Positions 60,221 through 64,000 of a stretch of 64,000 nucleotides of DNA are shown one piece after another. Position 1 is the first letter of the stretch; every line of letters starts with the position of its first letter. The stretch is taken from assembly GCA_904063045.1 (NCBI GenBank), contig CAJFCJ010000007.1, positions 3,479,404 through 3,543,403 of the forward strand, written 5' to 3'. The translations under genes and the position numbers were made by a program. The stretch comes from Dimorphilus gyrociliatus (Eukaryota > Animalia > Annelida). The notes under the pieces were generated by a model that saw only the letters and a program-made list of their open reading frames with translations, searched no databases and was not told the origin of the DNA.

Positions 60221-60525
60221 GTCACTGGACTGAACAGTGTAAACAACTTCATGATTGGATTATACGTAGGTGATTGAACTTTTATGGACAGCAAACTTTT
60301 TCCAATATATATACTGCAATAGTCAAGGAAAATAACTTGGATTTGATTGTATAAACTACAACACTTTAGTGGCCTACGACCCATGTAAGTTCGCTATCAA
60401 TATCATCAAATGTATCATCAGTATTTAAAAGTAATTTCACAACACGTAAAAAAAAAGTCGAAATACATACAAGATTAACAAATTTTCTGTTTTAGGCAGT
60501 TTTAGTATGAGGAGAAGAATCTCTC

Positions 60526-63500
60526 ATGAGTCAACGTGTCCAGCCCTTATCTTCTTCTCCAGCTAGAAGACGGTAAATAGAAAGATTTATTGTGGGCGTT
60601 ACTATTTATGTTGTTATTTATTATCAAACCATTCATTCATTCATTGCTGACTATTTTTGTCCAAAAAATTTTCTTTAATAAGAAACAAAAAGAGGAAATA
60701 AACCTAAACTGTACTTTCATTAATAACCTTCACAGTGTTCGTTTGAATTCTGTATGCCGAAAGATTGATTGTGTTAAATTAAAAGAGTAAGTTTGTTTTT
60801 TTGTTTCTCAAGCGTTTTCTAATTCTATTTCTCCTCTTCCTACTCTTACATGATTGAATGATTGAACAGATGGTGATGATGATGATGATTTTTTTATTAA
60901 TTACTTAATTATCTAAATTTTAATAGGAATGAATTATTCGACCTTGATCTGTTGGTTAGCTCTTTAAAAACAACTGCACCGAAATATAAAGCAAATGGTA
61001 GAGATTGGTCAATAATTGCGTCAGGAGAGCTTTCATTACAACACAAGAAAGATTTAAGCCTACTTGAAAGTTTCGCGAAAATATACTATGAAGAAAGGAA
61101 CTTCAGTAGACTTAAACATAAACAAACTTTTTCAAATATTCTTAATTTGATTGTCGATAATCGTTTAAAGAAAAAAGGATGGATTCAAAATTCTCACGCA
61201 AAGCTCATTCATCAAGTTCTTCTATGCCTAAGATTGCTATTAAGAGATATTAAGTATTTGGAAGATTTTATAGAAAAGGATGCTATCGAAGATTTAGTTG
61301 GATTGTTACAAGTTTCAATAGAAACCTATTTCGAAGCAATTGACCATTATCACCTAGTTGATATTATACTGGAATTAACTAGTTAGTTTATCTTCGTTAA
61401 TTAAAATTTAATTGATAAAATCAACTTTCAATTATTTATACTTTCAATAGACATCTTCCAAAAACTAGCGTGCCATAAAGTGAATCTAATAGATTATTCC
61501 ATTCAAGATTGTCTTATTCAACTTTTACACTCGGAAGAGAGTTCCGTCTTGCAGTGTTGCCTTCATACTTTAATTGGTATCGGTAGCGATGGCGATAATC
61601 TGAAAATTCTAAGTGAATTAGACTTTGTTAATGATTTATTAAGGATTCTACAGGATAGCGAATCGAATGCTAAAAGTCTCGCTTGCAAATTATTACGTAA
61701 TTTATCCAGTTTTAATGTTGTTAAATCCGATGTACTTGCCCACAATGGCCTTACTGTTCTCTTAAGCCTGTTGAATTCGAATGAAAATTCAGTATCGATT
61801 CTCAGGAACGCCGCTTGGTGCCTAGTGAAATTAGCAACCAATCCAGAATGTCGTGAAGGTATTAAAAATAGCGGAGGAATACCTGTTCTCCTCTCTCTAC
61901 TTAGCGAAAAGAACTATTCTCCAGATCATCAGACTGGTATACATCCTGCAAGCGCATCAACAAGTAGAACACCTTTGAATGAGGTATTTCGAGTTTTTAT
62001 TTTTTATCATCCTTCTTATATCTACTTCCTGCCCTTCCTTCCATTTTTTAAATAGGTCTTTTCTTAATGTTTATAACGTTTTTGTCCAGCATCCAAAGGA
62101 TGATAAAGAGGTAACCAATTCGTTAAGCACAATTAATACATATGCGTTGTACTAGTTCGTTATTATTTTATATTTATATGTACATTTGTTTAAGCAGATA
62201 TTTTCCCATTTATTTTTGTTTTATAACTCTGAAAGCATATTCACTTTTCCTCTATCAATCCCTTCTCTTTCTTCCCCCCTGCCCCTCCTCTTCCCCTTCC
62301 TCCACCCCTTCTGCCTAATATATTTCTACAGTTAGATATTATACATGCATATATACTGTATATATAAATATCTCACATTGTTTAAAGAAACCCCATATAA
62401 TAATCAACTATTTATGTACTGTATCATTCTTATTACTTCTATATTAATTTTAAACAGTCGCAAAGTCAGGAATATCGTGATCAAAAGCTCCAACTGAAGT
62501 GTGCGTGTTGTACAGCTTTGGCTGAGATATCAAAGACCGATTCATGCGCTTATAAAATTGTTCAATCGAATGGAATTTATATTATATCATCTCTACTTTT
62601 CTTAACTGATACTTCACATTCCGAACGATTTAATTTAATGAAAAGTGTCTTCCGGGCTCTTAGATTTTTATTTTCATTAGATCGGAATAGACGTTATTTT
62701 AAACGCCTATTTCCGCCGAAGTTGCTTGAACCTTTTCTAGATGTTGGACATTACAATCACGATTTACAGGTAATCTAATCAAACATTTCCACTTATCATC
62801 AGATATTATTATATAATTGGTTTCTATTTAGGCCTACGAGTGTCTAGTAAAAACGTTTGACGATCTCGATTCGGACAATTATTTATTAATTAAGGATGCG
62901 GTTGCCCAAGTGAATTTAAATGCTGAACCAATGAAACAAGTCGAAGATTACTCGGTACTTGAACATTTAGGATCGGGTTCGTTTGGTAGTGTTTATAGAG
63001 TTAAAAAAATTGGTGGACAAACACAACTAGCGTTAAAAGAGATAAATACAATGCAAGCAAACTTTGGAAAAAATTCAAAAGAAAGGCAAAAAAGCGTTGG
63101 CGATTTAAATAACGAATTAAATATAATTAAAGAAGAATTACAACATCCAAATATAGTAAAATATTATAGAACTTTTGTTGATAGTAAGTGCATTAAATCG
63201 GCCTTTTGTATATATAGATATATTTATAACCTTAAAATCTTCCTTGTAATAGATAATAAGTTTTGTATTGTTATGGAATTAATTGAAGGAGCAGCTTTAC
63301 AAGAACATATATCCAGTTTAAAAGAGAGAAATGAAGGATTTGGAGAAGAACGAATTTGGGGGATATTTGTCCAAATAGTTAGAGCATTAAACTATTTGCA
63401 TAAAGAAAAGAAGATCATTCATAGAGATTTAAGCGCCAATAATATAATGCTGTCGGATACTGATAAAGTAACTATAAGTAAGGGGATTTTTTCATTCGTT

Positions 63501-64000
63501 ATTCACGCTTTTTTTCTTTATAGTTATTGTTAATTTTTCTAGCTGATTTTGGCCTAGCTAAAAGAAAGGCTCCCGATGTAAGCCGATTACAAACAACTGT
63601 TGGTACCATAATATATTGTTGGTAAGCACGATTTGTTCAATATTTCTTTCTTTAAATCATTAAAAAGTTTAAGCCTATTCTTATCATTTCCTCAGCCCGG
63701 AAATGGTTCAATCGGAAAAGTATACGGAGAAGGCTGATGTTTGGTCTGTTGGTTGTCTACTATATCAAATGTGTACATTAAAGCCGCCATTTTACTCGCA
63801 AAACATGCTTCATTTAGCAAAAATGGTTTTGTATTTTATAAAGAATCTTTCTTTGATCTCTATTGATTGATTGTTATTTTTAGATTGTTGAAGCAAAATA
63901 CGAGCCAATTTCACCAGATTATTCCGAAACCATGCGCTCGACAATAAATATATGCTTAACGCCCGATCCCGATAAGAGAGCTGATATCGTCCAGGTTGCT
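60526..64000 (+). CDS. NEK10: NIMA-related kinase 10 (ARM repeats + kinase), 3'-truncated by the window
   Basis: ESFAKIYYEERNFS...VLLCLRLLLRD, VFRALRFLFSLDRNRRYFKRLFPP, LGSGSFGSVYRV, HPNIVKYY, IHRDLSANNIML, DFGLAK, YTEKADVWSVGC. Confidence 0.93.

Overview
AT-rich, very compact animal (invertebrate) genomic DNA with GT-AG introns mostly 50-75 nt long. A miniature annelid-type genome is my guess, not something the sequence proves. From left to right: (1) the 3' ~17 kb of a giant gel-forming mucin-like gene, built from a ~3.3-kb higher-order tandem repeat of Thr-rich linkers and discoidin (F5/8C)-like domains and ending in TIL/VWC/cystine-knot domains; (2) a dense block with INPP1 (-), CDK12/13 (+), a small MPLKIP/TTDN1-like gene (-), an EF-hand/coiled-coil protein with a stand-alone dynein microtubule-binding-like domain (+), LSM10, DNA2, FLASH/CASP8AP2 and WDR24 (+); (3) six tandem THEM6-like thioesterase genes (-) that share a promoter module; (4) an SLC16/MCT transporter (-); (5) a ~10-kb region that looks non-coding but holds three paralogous two-exon genes for 65-69-aa secreted Ser-Gly-rich acidic peptides, each behind the same TATA + AGTTCATGA(A)CT + bZIP-site promoter module (the best candidate for an undescribed system); (6) an orphan ~178-aa gene with a promoter dense in E-box/D-box/CRE-like sites; (7) NEK10 (+), which runs off the window. 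All gene names come from my recognition of motifs; no database search was run.
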